Below are positions 11,927 to 24,779 of a stretch of 64,000 nucleotides of DNA, piece by piece (the stretch's first letter is position 1; every line of letters begins with the position of its first letter). The DNA is from Phoronis australis (Eukaryota > Animalia > Phoronida). The stretch is taken from the NCBI GenBank assembly GCA_002633005.1, contig NMRA01000291.1:62001-126000 (forward strand), given 5' to 3'. The notes under the pieces were generated by a model. That model had not been told where the DNA came from, did no database searches, and saw only the letters and a list, made by a program, of their open reading frames with translations. The position numbers were made by a program, and so were the translations under genes.

Positions 11927-14794
11927 TACTGGCTTAGTGTATGTGGTATCTTCATATTTTCTTGAAATTGTTTTAATGTCTCATAATGTGCTTATATATT
12001 CTCTTTAAGTTGTTAAAATCGCTTTGTTGTCTTTTACTTGGAATTAGGCAGTCTGGTTGTTGGAAAGACTGACTGTCCGAACAGTGGCTTTTTCAATTGG
12101 AGCATTCCAAAATTTTGAACACTCATCACAACGAACTAGAAATGTAGAACCAGTGTTAGTTTGAAAGGAGACTTGGTCATTTGTTCTTTATTTCTTCACT
12201 TAGTTCATTATAGTTTGACAGTTTGAATGAGGGGGAGGGGGGTATAAAATTTTGTACAAATTTTGTACACCATGTTGTTATTGCTACTTCTGGGTAATGT
12301 GGTTGAAACATGTGGATTGTGTTATCTGGCTAGAGGGACAGGTCACTCTATTGTTTTGAATAGTTAAAATGATTCACCTGATCACATGGATTAGGTAGAA
12401 TACACATCAGTGATCTCTAGCTGACTGACTGGCCTTGAATCTTATGGATCTGGGGTGAATTCACTGCCTAGTTTAGAGCCTGTTGTATCAGATTAAATCT
12501 TTGCCCTTGCCTGCCCTTGAACTGATGGCAGTAGATTTCCTGCCCTGTTAATGCTCCTCTTGCATTGTTGACTTTGCTGTTAAAATTCAGCAGAAGCAAC
12601 TCAAGAGCCTTTACCCACTTAGGGGCAATTTTCATGGTTGGCAGTGACCCTGTAATTTAAGATTGTCAATTTTTTATGTGGATTACTGACAACTAGGGCA
12701 AAATTGCTAGTATGCATTGAGCAAATAAAATGGAAGTTTTTTCTTGTCTTCAGGTTTCACCTGTCTATCAAATGATGCTGTGCGAGAACTCGATATTCTG
12801 GTTTCTTAAAAAAATCTTAATGTCATTGTGCCTGGCTGTTTGTCTGTGTCCTGAATAATTCATAGAATGTTTTAAGTGTGGCAATCACTTACAAGGGGGT
12901 TTACTGTGTGGTTGCCTTTGTCGAAGACTAGTTAATTTTTGAAGGAGGCATGTTAACCTTTTCCCACCTTTGATAATTTCTCACAAACCGATGGCATGTT
13001 CAACTGAAAGAAAGAAAAACAAAAGCATTGAAAATGAACATAAAATGATTGTGTCAATCGTAGGTCCTGCTGCCAATGATAAGAAATAAATTTCAGAAAA
13101 AAGCCAGTTAACTGCTGGGTATGAACAAAAATGATTGTATACCATTAAAAATGTTCATGCTATTTGTGTTTAATATTCATGGCACTTAACATTCCCTCTC
13201 TGTGTTCTTGTTGAGGGTTTCTGCATCACCATCTCGCTCGATCATAAAGTACTTGTGAGCCCCCTTTCTCCCTGAACTTTTGAGCAATGACCTAAGCATG
13301 ATAAAATTTACCTTGAAAGAGCACTGGCGTTTTTTATGACTGTTAATTTCCATATTATGTGGGTTGTAAGGAAAGGGTGACCAGGAATTGAAGTGTATCA
13401 CCAATTTTGTTGTAGAAATTAAAATACAATCTGATATGTCTTCAAGAGCGGGAATTCAGAAATGCGTTAATTTTGATGTCAGGTATTTCAGACAGTATTA
13501 ACCATCTACATGCCATACACAACACACTTTTTAATAATTTTTCATAATTCCTTGATTTCTGTTTTTTCAGCTGTTCTTTTTTTACCAGCCATTCTATTTA
13601 TGTTTTTTAACAGTTCCTATGATGATTTTGCGAATAATAAATATTTTTACTCATTTTATTGTGATTGTCACAATTTGCAGTCTTTCTCACTCTTTCACAA
13701 GTTTTATACTTAAAAACATCGGGCTTGTATTTCTTCATACCTTTGGCTCATTACCAACTGACATTCAAAGATGGACATTGAAGTCGCTTCATCATGTAAT
13801 CTTCCCTGCTCCATGAACTATTACACTCATACAGTTGAGAATGCTTCTCTTCATCGCTATGTCTATGGAATGTGAGCTCATTTACCAGCCGCCCTGAAAA
13901 ACGCCAGGCGTCTTTTTCTTCTCATCTTCCACGTTAAGTTTCTACTCTCTGAAGGTGTTACAGATAATCAGGGTGAGCTCTTTACATTTTTCTTTGATGC
14001 GTTTCCCCTCAACCCGAACTGGTATGCGTTGAGTTGTTTTTTTTCTTGATAGCATTATCCTTAGCTGCACTCTCAGTGACCAGTGTAGTTTATGTATCCT
14101 TTACCCTGGTTCATCGCGACACAGAAAAACATAATGTGTTTGAAAGTGTCCTGTGATAGGTTTGAACTTGTGCTTCTAAATATGTCTTAAGTGCTGTGGT
14201 GAACTTTGTAGAATGGCTGCCCCTTGAGCACTGTTTGGCATTTGTTATTGCTTTGTACTTAAGAAGCAATCATGAATTAGCAAAGAATTATGTCTTGGAT
14301 ATTGCATAACGTGGTTGCAATTTGTTTGTCAGAGACCTTTGTCATAGTTTTTGCAGGTATTCATTGATAGAAACTTCAGAAAGTTTTGCACATTAGCTTT
14401 TTCTCCGTTTAAACTTCAGACTCAAATCAATCCAGAAGTTGTAGAAATTTTTAGCATGTTTTGTAAAATTGAACATTTTTGGTTGAAAATTTGAACTGAC
14501 ATTTTGATTTGAATTTGATCACCTGAAACAAATCTGAGGGACTCGCTTGGACTAGAATATACCATTTCAAACAATTTCGTCTCAACTTCCATTGTATTAG
14601 AATTGTTCGCAGTCTGCCTGCCATTGTACTATTAAGGGCATTAAGTCCTGTTTTATTTGTCCTGCTATTAAATTTTCAGGAACCATAGTGTGCATATTGC
14701 ATGTTGTCTAATGGTAAATGTCTTGGCCAGTTCGTGGAGGCTTAAAATTTAGTCAAGTAAAGGTAAGAGAATTTAAGGCCTTAGTATCCCTTGT

Positions 14795-15216
14795 GTTATG
14801 GTGGAAGAGTTTGATCCAGAATCCAAGGTGAGATTGGAGCATGTATTCCCAAGTTGACCTTGGATCATTGTGTCTCCAGTACCATTGCAATCTTTATGTT
14901 GTGGTGGTAGAGTTTGATCCAGAATCCAAGATGAGGTAAGTCAATGTGTTCCTTGATATACCTTGGATCATTTTACTCTAGAATCATTGCATTCTATTAT
15001 GGCGATAGAGTTTGATCCAGAATCCAAGGTGAGATTAGAGCATGTATTCCCAAGTACCTTGGATCATTGTGTCTCCAGTACCATTGCAATCTTTATGTTG
15101 TGGTGGTAGAGTTTGATCCAGAATCCAAGATGAGGTAAGTCAATGTGTTCCTTGATATACCTTGGATCATTTTACTCTAGTATCATTGCATTTTATTTTG
15201 GCGATAGAGTTTGATA
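14795..15216. repeat. Tandem repeat with ~100-bp monomers in an A/B dimer (~198-bp period)
   Basis: AGAGTTTGATCCAGAATCCAAG recurs at ~14806, 14909, 15007 and 15107, with a partial copy at ~15206. Alternate units are near-identical. Confidence 0.9.
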
Positions 15217-17304
15217 CATTACTACAGCCAGAAGAACGAGAGTGCACATGTCCTCAAGTATCATTTTTTAACTTGCGCCATTAACCTCCAGCTGTTATTG
15301 CAGTTTGTTGACTTTTGTAAGTAATATCCATTCCTTCATTTTGGAGCCATTTTACATCTTGCAGCTTTTTGTTCAACTACATTGTCAGTCATTTCATGTG
15401 TAAGTATGGGAATGATAACTGGATTTAACTAGAAATTTACATTCATTCATTTATGTACATCAGTATAGTTTGGTAGTAATCCTTCGTATTCATTTAGCAT
15501 ATATAAATATACCTTTACCATATACTACCAAGTTGCGATTTTTATCTTTGATCATAGAATATAGTGTCAAGTTGAATCGAGAAACTAGTCACTGAAATCC
15601 ATCTCACTGGACTGGATTGAATTGATCCGCCACCCTGCGACATGGGAATGTAGGCTCGAACTCTGGGTCAAGTTGAGTACAACAGAAATGCCCAGGCTTC
15701 GGAACTGGAGTTTGATTGAGGGTTAGAATTCAGATGTTGTATGTGAGACTCAGAGGTACATTTAGGAGATGCTATCCTGTATGGAAGTGCACTGTTTCAT
15801 TGGGGGGGGGGGTGATTTCTATGGAAATTCATGACGTGAGAGCTACAGACTTGGTAGGCACGCACCGGGACTCGCTGCACCNTCAGATGTGGTATCTTTT
15901 CCTAGAAGTCGTCTTCGAGAAGTTTAATTAGCATCTTTGCATACCTGGTAACTATTTTACAATGGCTAGAGTTAAAGGAACCATTGTTGTCTAGAAATGT
16001 TGTTGGTGTTCGTGTGGGGGGGCTTTAGTATTATAATGACTGGTATTGGCAGTCTGCATGGAGGGGCTGTGTGCTCAGCCAATAAGCCTGGAACATGTGT
16101 TCAACATGATGTACATAAATAAAGAGAAGTGAGTTTACACAAACAGACAGTTTGTTAATTGGTGTGATATTTGGTTTGCACTCAGTTAGCAACTCACTGT
16201 GTATTGAACTGTGGGCTCTTGGAGGTCTAGGAATCCTATCTGCTTTCTATTGCAGGTTTGTGTAGTTGTCCAGTAACCCAGGGGAATGGATACAATTTGG
16301 TTGGATGATCTGAATTGAAATTCTGGTCTATTGCATTTGGTGCGCCCCATTAATTTGTTAATAGCAAAAATGGCAACAGATGTTAAGTTGAAATGGCCAC
16401 AGGGAATAAATACTCTTATTGAAAAATAGGTCATGCATGAGGTGATAAAAGTTGTATATATTCTTTTAGCTGATGGCTCCTGTTTAGAGAGATTTTGAAT
16501 AAATGTATGGTCTTGCTCCTGGTCGATATCTTAAAAAGTCTTCATTTTGGAACAAAAGTGATTATTGAAATTATTGTTTTTCTGTTTTTCTATGGCAGGC
16601 TTGCAGTATTGCCTCAAATGCTCAAAAGTATGCTAAATACAAAGTCAAGTATTCTGAGAAGTTGTTTTTGTTGAGTAATTTTACAAAATAAAATTTCACT
16701 CGTCAATATTGCGACCCCTAACTGAAAAATTTTCACCAAATTGGATTGTTATCTATTATCTGTATAAGAGTTACTGTTATACTCAGAGGTTAAAGTTTGC
16801 TGTTGAACTTCCATAATTTACTTTCTTTCTTATCTGAACAGTCTCTCCCACCAGTGCTTTGTCAGTTCACTGATAAAACAGGATGTGTGTTTTTGAAAGA
16901 TAATTGCCCGGGATGCCGTCAGTTTCACTGTAGCTGGTATTTTGAAATTTAAACACGTTCAAGTGTCTTGTTTTATGCACTTCCAGCAGGTCCTAGATAT
17001 GTCTACCATTCTATTCTAAATTTGTGTTTTACGTGGGCACTGCATGAAACCAGTTTATGCTTGGCTGGAGGCTAGGGTTTGAATGAGATTTATAGTCTGT
17101 GAACTTGACTTGGATCATTTGTGACATGGCTTGTCCCATTTTAATATAAATATTTATTCTTGGTATGTCTGGTTTAATGTCAGTGAACCCACTCAGAACC
17201 TCAGTGAAACTATTGTCTCTTCAACTATACTTTATGAAATATTTTGCTCACATTTAATCATGTTGGAATACGACACAAACATTATGTTCACATTTTGCCA
17301 CCTG

Positions 17305-17469
17305 ATTCTGGTAATAACATGGTGAACTGCAGTGGCATTATTATATTCTGGTAATAACATGGTGAACTGCAGTGGCATTATTATATTCTGGTAATAACAT
17401 GGTGAACTGCAGTGGCATTATTATATTCTGGTAATAACATGGTGAACTGCAGTGGCATTATTATATTCT
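17305..17469. repeat. 40-bp minisatellite, 4 perfect copies
   Basis: ATTCTGGTAATAACATGGTGAACTGCAGTGGCATTATTAT x4. Confidence 0.97.
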
Positions 17470-20400
17470 TGGCTAGTTATCAATTTTGACTTGATTTTAC
17501 ACAAGAAGGTGAATAAATCAGTAACATCGTCCTCAAACTAGTTGCCGCGAAGTTAAAAATGGGATTTGCGTAAAAATTTTCTTTAATTACCACATGAATT
17601 GACTTTGTGTTATGGTACTGGTAATTTTTTAGGCAATATGGCCAAACCAAGTGTTGGGTTGTAGGTGTAGCTGGAGATTTACCTGTAGTGCCCTGGGAGT
17701 AGAGGCTCCATTGAGGGGCATACCTTCTAGTTCAAACATTCCCATATTAAATTACAAGGATTATGACTGAATGATGAAAAGCAGGGATAGGCCTTTGAAG
17801 CATTTTCTAATTAAAACCACCTTGCATTCAGCTTGCTGGTACATCTAGTAAATCTGACACGTTTACTGCAAAATATGCTTTTGATTGAGTAGAACCCTAG
17901 AAAAATGTCCAAATTTAGCTAACTTTTGGAATGTCATATCTCAGAAATAGCGAATTGATATGAAGCTTTCAGATTCTATGCCTTTTGCAATTTTCTCCAA
18001 AATGGTCTGAGGAATTGCTGTTAAAATGTTCCACTTTTGTGCGAGGGTTTTAAAAAATAGGTCCTTTATGAATTTATGAAAAAAGTCAAAAATTGCATAA
18101 AACAAAAAGGAAATCATAATTTAGAAAATAGCAATATTGTTTTTAGATGTGATCTTGAACATTTATCTATAGAAAAATTTAGTCGGCATGTTCTTGCTAT
18201 GAATGTACCTTTCTTATGTACAAAACTTTACTGCAGAAAAAGACATGGTAATACGACCCAATTAATTGGACATTCTTTGGTATAATGTCAAAAATCAAGA
18301 TTATGCAGGCTCTCTTCTTTCAGAAAATGTGCGAGTATACTTTTGTTGATATTTGGTTAAAAACACAGATTTGATACCACAAGAGAAGTCTCATATGAAT
18401 GATTCAGGCCTGTCCACCTTCGCCCCTTACCCAAGGACTGTTTTGACGTATACCTAATTGTGTCTATATACCTGGTAAAAAACCCGAGTTGAATAGATGT
18501 GGAGTGACATTGCTTTGGGACTTGTCTGCTATTTCTCTGTTTAGATTCCTCTCTAGTTGCTTCAGTATTTTTAAAAGACTCTCTCAGATATCATGTGTCA
18601 GTAAACATTTCGTATTTTGTTCTATTTTCCATTGCACTTTAGTTGAATAGGTGAACTTTAGAGGGCACTTGAGTAACATGTACTGTCTACTACAAATTTT
18701 CAGTTTATTTGTAGTCTCAGGTTTACATTAGAATCATGTTATGAGATACCTAATTGTTACAGTGTGTTATGAGTTGGGATGCTGAGTGTGGTTGGGGCTT
18801 CAGGTTACCCTCCTGTAGTGTGGCCTGTGATCATGTCAAGATTGAGATCTTTGCCACTATATTGACTAAAGACAAACTTGTGTTCAGGACTTTAATAGAT
18901 CCAAGTTGAGCACCAAACAAAAGCTGACTACAGGTGAAATTCTTTCTTGTGAACAACAAGGTTTGAGGCTACAAATAGGTGTTGCCTATACTCAGGTCTT
19001 GGATTAATCTATAGCCAGACTTGGAAAAATTAGATTTTTTGAAATCCTGTAAACATAGCAGGTAAATCCTCACCTGTTGAGCCCAGAGTATTTGAGCCGT
19101 GCAATTATTGTCTCACCTCTGTGTAGCTCTCCTGGTAGTACAGCCGAGCATCTTGCCCTAGTTACTCTGAATTCAACTTATCTCGTTTTGTAGCACCCAC
19201 TTGTACTTTCTCTGTTTTCTGACAATAAAATAACCATACCTGGTCACAGATTGCACTGTTTTTAGGGATATTTTAAACGAATTGGGATTAGGAATGCATT
19301 GGCAGGGGAATTAGAGCCGAGGAGCGACCAGCCCATCAAGATAATGGTAAAAATGCTATTATTTATGTTCTGCTGTTATCTCGAACACTAAATCAGCTGA
19401 ATCACTAGTTTGTCTGTTGATTACTGTTTCCATTCTCAGTCTCTGTCTGCTGGTCTTTTACAAATGTTGTACCTGTCTGCGAAGCTTGGGCGATTTGGGC
19501 AAAACATATCAGCGTGAAAATAGCGGATTTTGAATTTCTGCCCCAGTTACTGTGTGCTCATTGCTTTTAATTAGGAATGGGTTCTTCACTCTGGTATTGT
19601 GACATGAAGCCTATTGGTAGCACTGCATCTGCTAGTTTACTGTTACTATGATGAACAAGATGTGAATAAAAACATAGTGCAAGTTGAATTTAAGCGTCTG
19701 TCACTTACTGAGATCGGTTTCATTATACCATGATCTAGATATGCTCATGCCTCATAAACAGAAACTTTCATCAAAATCATGATAAGATTGAAAGTATTTT
19801 GAACTCTGTAGGAATCTGTGCGCCTTTTCCTACGGGATCCAGAAGTCTTACAAAGCGCAACAATATATAAATTGTAAAGATCTTTGTGAGTGTGATTCAA
19901 TATCATTTTAATAATATCTTAAAATGAAACATGTAAATTTGGTAAATACACCAGTGTTGATTTAGCGAATGTCTGGCAGACAACCCTGAAAATTGGCTTT
20001 TTGTAATAAAATCACAAAAATAAATTGAATTTTTGTTGTCTTATGGATCTGGTCAAAGCTAATATTACTTCAAGAAGTTTAGTCACATAACTGTTTTTTG
20101 GTTGGTAAAATTGATAGTGTCACTTTAAATAATTCACTTGCATTGTTTTTAATAAGGACCTATTTTAACAAAAGCATGACAATTGGTGTACTAGTCAATG
20201 TTGATATGCTTGTCAAAGTTTAAAGTCTTGGTACCTATTGCTATGACCGTGGTAACTAGCCACCATCATGGATTTTAAAAAATCCTGACATGGCGGAGCA
20301 GTGTGAAAATTTTTGAATGAAACGAGTTTTTGTAGTTTGGTTTTTTGATACTGATTATACAGCATTTAATGCTATTATTTATAAAAGTGAATTGATTTTT

Positions 20401-21045
20401 AAACTTCCAAATGTGAATAATGGATTCGTACTTCACACAAAGCCAACTATTTGCACCTCCCGCCCATAAAGATCACAATTCCTACATTTTTGCGCGTTGT
20501 AAAAATTCCTACATAGCCTGAAATGCGCGATGTATGAGTATTCATACATCATACAGATGCCTACATGGTTCAGAACAAAAGTACCGTCCGCATAATATGC
20601 CTGCTTTGGACTGTTACCTTTTGACTTGAAGCTTTAAAAGCGTTGTGAGGACAGTGAGGTTCAAATACCTGGTGGTTATCACAAGGTTAAGCATCCCCAA
20701 ACATGTATAAGGTAGTGTTGTATTTCCTGACTCCATCTGTACCCAGTCATGCAGGTTGAATACTCATCTAGGTGTTGAACTTCTGAATAAATCATCTCAG
20801 TTGATTGCTTTGTAAACTGAAGTAACTGATTATAATGACACAACATGGTTGGTGTTTTATGACCATAACTTATTTCACATGAGTGATTTTTTCGGGTGTC
20901 GGTAGACAAGAGTTTTAAAGCTTAGATCTCAAACGCAAGTTTCTTTAGTGTATTTTATGAATAGAATTTATAATTTCGGAGTAAGACTGGTGGTTTTATA
21001 AACCTTCAAGTACATTTCTTGTGTGGTGCTTCTGTGTGATTGGAG

Positions 21046-21132
21046 GAGACATTGTGACTTGTGAGTTGAGTCTCCTCCTCCTGTTGTCAAGGTCGTGGGT
21101 TCAAATCCCCCTCCTTGACCCTTGAGTCAGGT
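21046..21132 (+). mobile_element. tRNA-derived SINE head fragment
   Basis: B-box GGTTCAAATCC at 21098-21108 preceded by GGTCGTG and a decayed A-box. No full cloverleaf. Confidence 0.45.
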
Positions 21133-21391
21133 CTCCAGTTTCTCAGCTTGGTTTTAATTTGTGTTTGTGTTTGTGTTATATGAGTATTATTAAAGGAAAA
21201 ATGGATTCATATGTCTGTTGCATTGAACCAGCTCGGAGTAGCGTGCAGACATCTCAGAATGCCTGCGCCATTTTTTTCTATGTGATTCTTTTATCTATAT
21301 TAATCCTTGATAATTCCCAGTTTAATAAAAGTAAATTTTGTGTTTGCTATAATTACTTTGAGTTCATAGCTTTCGGGGCATGAAGCAAATA

Positions 21392-21845
21392 AAACAAAAC
21401 ATTTCACCAAATAGGCAGTGACAGTTTTCCTTCAGCAATAATTATTTATCTATTATAAAATCTAAATAATTTAGGATTCAATTATGATGAAATTTTATTT
21501 TTCATAATTGATAAGTACGGAAAACTCTTCATTTAACTGGCCCAAAATTTTTGTCTCTTTTCCGAAGGCCAATTCCCTCGGTATAGGTGCTGCTCAAACA
21601 ATAGAGTGGAGTTCTCTTAATGAAAAAGTGAATGAAATCGGATACAAAATGGCCGCCACGTCCGTCATTTTGTATCCGATCATGACCAAAAACAATAGCG
21701 TTCTAGTGATTCCCGATATACATGTTGTGTGCAAATTTCGTGAAAATCGGACAAAAATTGCGACCTGTAGAGAGCGAAAAAAAAAACAAAAAAAACTTGC
21801 TGTTAGACCAACATACTTGGCGGAAAAATTCCGCCAAGTAATAAT
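21392..21845. mobile_element. Helentron/HINE-like non-autonomous element
   Basis: Begins AAACAA, contains a CAAAATGGCCGCC core, and ends with a perfect 12-bp hairpin TACTTGGCGGAA-AAA-TTCCGCCAAGTA (21814-21840) followed by ATAA. Confidence 0.5.
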
Positions 21846-22212
21846 GAAAATTCCACTTATACTGTACGTTGTGAGCTAAATGGGTTCTGTACCATGTCTA
21901 ACACTAGGATATGTTTTGACAAATCAATGTTAGAATTAGCTTTTGAAAAATGGTAAAAGATCAATATTAGCTATTTGGTTTTTGTCCGAAATTGAGAAGA
22001 GTTTACAATAGTGGTGGTTATTTAGGATGTTGCCTTTCTGCACCTGTTGTGATTGGCTACCTTGAGTTCCACTTGATACTGGGTAGTATGTAAGCACTGC
22101 ATTTGATTTTTGCTGACAACGCCCCCTGATGGCACCTCTAATCAGGTTTGGTCTTTTCTCTTTCTGTTAAATTGTTATGCTCCATTTGATTGGTTGCCTT
22201 TTCTCTTTCCAG

Positions 22213-22413
22213 TTGATTTTCAGTGGAGAATACACCAAGGCCATGGACGAGAACTTCCATAACGAGCACTTTGGCTGCTACCACTGCGACAAGTCGTTGA
22301 CTGGGCACCGCTACATCCTACGAGAGGAGCAGCCATATTGTATACCATGTTTCGATGAGAAGTTTGCCAAGACCTGTGAAGAGTGTCAGAAGCCCATTGG
22401 TGCTGATTTCAAG
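22213..22413 (+). CDS. FHL2: Limpet/LIM-9/FHL2-like LIM protein, exon (half-LIM and start of next LIM)
   Basis: LIFSGEYTKAMDENFHNEHFGCYHCDKSLTGHRYILREEQPYCIPCFDEKFAKTCEECQKPIGADFK. AG/GT boundaries, phase 0-0. Confidence 0.93.
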
Positions 22414-22832
22414 GTTTGTTGTCACAATTCGTACTTTTCGGACACTGCTCAAATGGTCATGTGGACACTGGGAATTCAGTTGTACTATCAGAGAGTTTGC
22501 TACCCACAATCCTCAGTTTTTGATATGGTACTTACATACAAAGTGTAACATTATGAGTGTAACGAACTGCGTTTCCCAGGACTTTCACCTCTGCCTACTG
22601 ACAGATTTTTGGCAACCTGATGGTTTAAATGTTGGACAAAAGTATATGATGAGGCTTTTGCTGTATACGGTTCTGCCACTGATGAAAAATTGACCACAAG
22701 GAGTCTCTAGTTGTAGAGCGACTCTGCCCACCCGCACATGAATTACACCAGTGGTTAATTTTAAACATGTCGGTTAAGCACCGAGTGTGTATTTGGGTCT
22801 TAACTAATCTACTCAAAGCCTCAAAAAGCAAT

Positions 22833-24340
22833 AGCGGATTTGCAGCGACGCCATATTGAAATTAGGTTAAAATGGTGCATTGTGGGTGCTGTGGTCAGGA
22901 TTCCGAAAGCGGCCATAGTAACAAGCATAATACGCGGTATGAGCGCGAAGAAAACTTACGGCGGATACACTTGTGTTCCTGGTTGCTTCAAAAACAACAA
23001 GACAAATAAAAATTTGAGTTTTTATGTGTTCCCTGCAAACCAAGAACTTCGTGAAAAATGGATAAACAACATTAGGAGAGCTGGGAGTAAGGGGAGATTT
23101 AGCGCATTCAAACCAATGCAGGGCTATCTAGTAGGCAACACGTAGCCCCTCGGTTGGCCATATAGGGGCTACAATACTCCCATTCGCTTTCTGTACTCAT
23201 TTCGTTACTTCAGTGTATTTTAAACGGGCCGTGACCGGATTTGGGTTACCGATTTCGAGTTTTCACCTCGTCAAAAATACATTCTACACTTAAAACTATC
23301 ATTTAAAAAACGCTTACTTTCATCATTGGTCCTTTCTACTTCTATACATATCTTTGATGAAGCTTAGTTGTGAGAATTAAGTTGACTTTGGCGAAGAATT
23401 ACAACTCCACTTTTTTGGTTGCCGTTAATTTTATCACCGCGTGAGCCGCGATAACCACAAAGCATGTCAACTGAATCGGGTGAGTTAAGCAAAGGTTAGC
23501 GCGAGACTGAGCGAAGCGCGTGACGCTAGCGTGTGACGCTAGCGCGCGACACTTGTAAAATAGCATGAGAAGGTATCGGGTGAAACTTGTAAGATGTGTG
23601 TCCCTTGGACTTTTTATTCGTCAACATGCGTAATTTCACTAACTTCCTCAAAATGGCACCCGGTAACTGAGAGAAGCTCGAGCAAACCGCGACAGATTTT
23701 CATCGATTTGTTCAAGTTTTGCAGACTAAATTGTATCCAGAGTCGTGGTATATGTTAATTATAACTCCGTGTTCCTACATGTATGGTTCATTTGATTTTA
23801 TTTGCTGTATTTTGAAATGAGTAACTTTTTGTGAGGATGTACTATCGCCCCTGAATGCCTGCGGCATCCAGTGCGATGTAATTGCCTCATCGTGTGTGCA
23901 GCGAACATTTTCCTGGTGGAAAAAAGACGTATGAGAACAACATTCCGACGGAGTTTCCTCTTAAAATTAACGTCTCTAGCATATCCACGGCGAAAGCTAC
24001 AAAAGTTAAGCAATCCAAGAACTCTCAACTTGTCTGAAACCGGAGGAGATTTCGAAATCAACGCCGATAACCCCAATACTGAACATCATGACGACAGTTG
24101 TGCCCTCGGTCACACGGTCACTGATCATTGCTACGCTGTGTTTACAAACGAGAGAGAGGACTTGCTTGGTATTATAAAGCAAAAAAATGAAACATGGTTT
24201 TTAGTTTGCAAATCACTCCAAATGCACACACTATCCAGCCTGCTCAAGACATGCCTGACCACAAGCTATCCCATGAGCCTTCGCGCAGGAAGTAACTCGC
24301 ACATGCGCAATGCGTAGTTCGTTTGCGCTGCAAATCCGCT
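22833..24340 (+). mobile_element. ISL2EU-like (PIF/Harbinger-related) non-autonomous THAP element, copy 1
   Basis: TIR AGCGGATTTGCAGCG ... CGCTGCAAATCCGCT with AT on both sides. THAP remnant. Near-identical copy at 55777-57283. Confidence 0.8.
23129..23887. mobile_element. Nested TAG-ended insertion interrupting the THAP ORF, copy 1
   Basis: Same sequence as 56076-56825. The right junction has lost ~6 bp of end/TSD. Confidence 0.7.
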
Positions 24341-24622
24341 ATTAGTTCAGGTTCTGGTCTGTACCCCTAATCACATTCTACTGTTCACCTGTTAAGAGCG
24401 ATCATTTACTGCTCAGTGTCTCATCCAGTTCAAACAAATACAATGCAAAGTCAAACTATATGTCGTTTTTGTTGCGTCAACTGTGAACCAGTTGTAATAA
24501 TTTTAGAATTTTTTAGAATGTATTTTTTTAATTTCCCTGTCCTTCTTTTATGATGTTGCAAACTTTTCTAGCCTGAAGCAAATTACGCGGACACTACAGT
24601 GTTTTCAGTGAACATTTTACAA

Positions 24623-24779
24623 GACCCAGTTGCATAAAACTTATCAGGTGGATAACAACAATATCTCACTAATCTCATTATTACTCTCTATGTAACCATT
24701 GTTGAACACTGCTTTTGATGCCATGCAATACTCAGGCTTACCCAGTGGATAAATGTCGGAAGTTTTGTGCAACCCAGCC
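24623..24779. mobile_element. Short Harbinger-like MITE
   Basis: Imperfect TIR GACCCAGTTGCATAAAACTT ... AAGTTTTGTGCAACCCAGCC, with internal GTGGATAA repeats. Confidence 0.5.

Noticed and set aside
14795-15216. Palindromic repeats with intervening segments as a possible CRISPR-like array
   Set aside because: The intervening segments repeat themselves (A/B dimer), so this is a satellite.
15600-16430. Coding-like, possibly retroelement-derived stretch around the N at 15882
   Set aside because: Multiple stops and no recognisable motif, so it cannot be assigned.
17305-17469. Regular 40-bp repeats as a possible CRISPR array
   Set aside because: The units are head-to-tail with no unique spacers, the context is a eukaryotic intron, and there are no cas genes.
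19290-19352. Possible further alternative first exon ending ATG|GTAAAA in phase with 22213
   Set aside because: The donor is weak and there is no independent support.
21046-21132. Possible tRNA gene
   Set aside because: Only the T-arm/B-box is recognisable and there is no acceptor stem, so it is treated as a SINE fragment.
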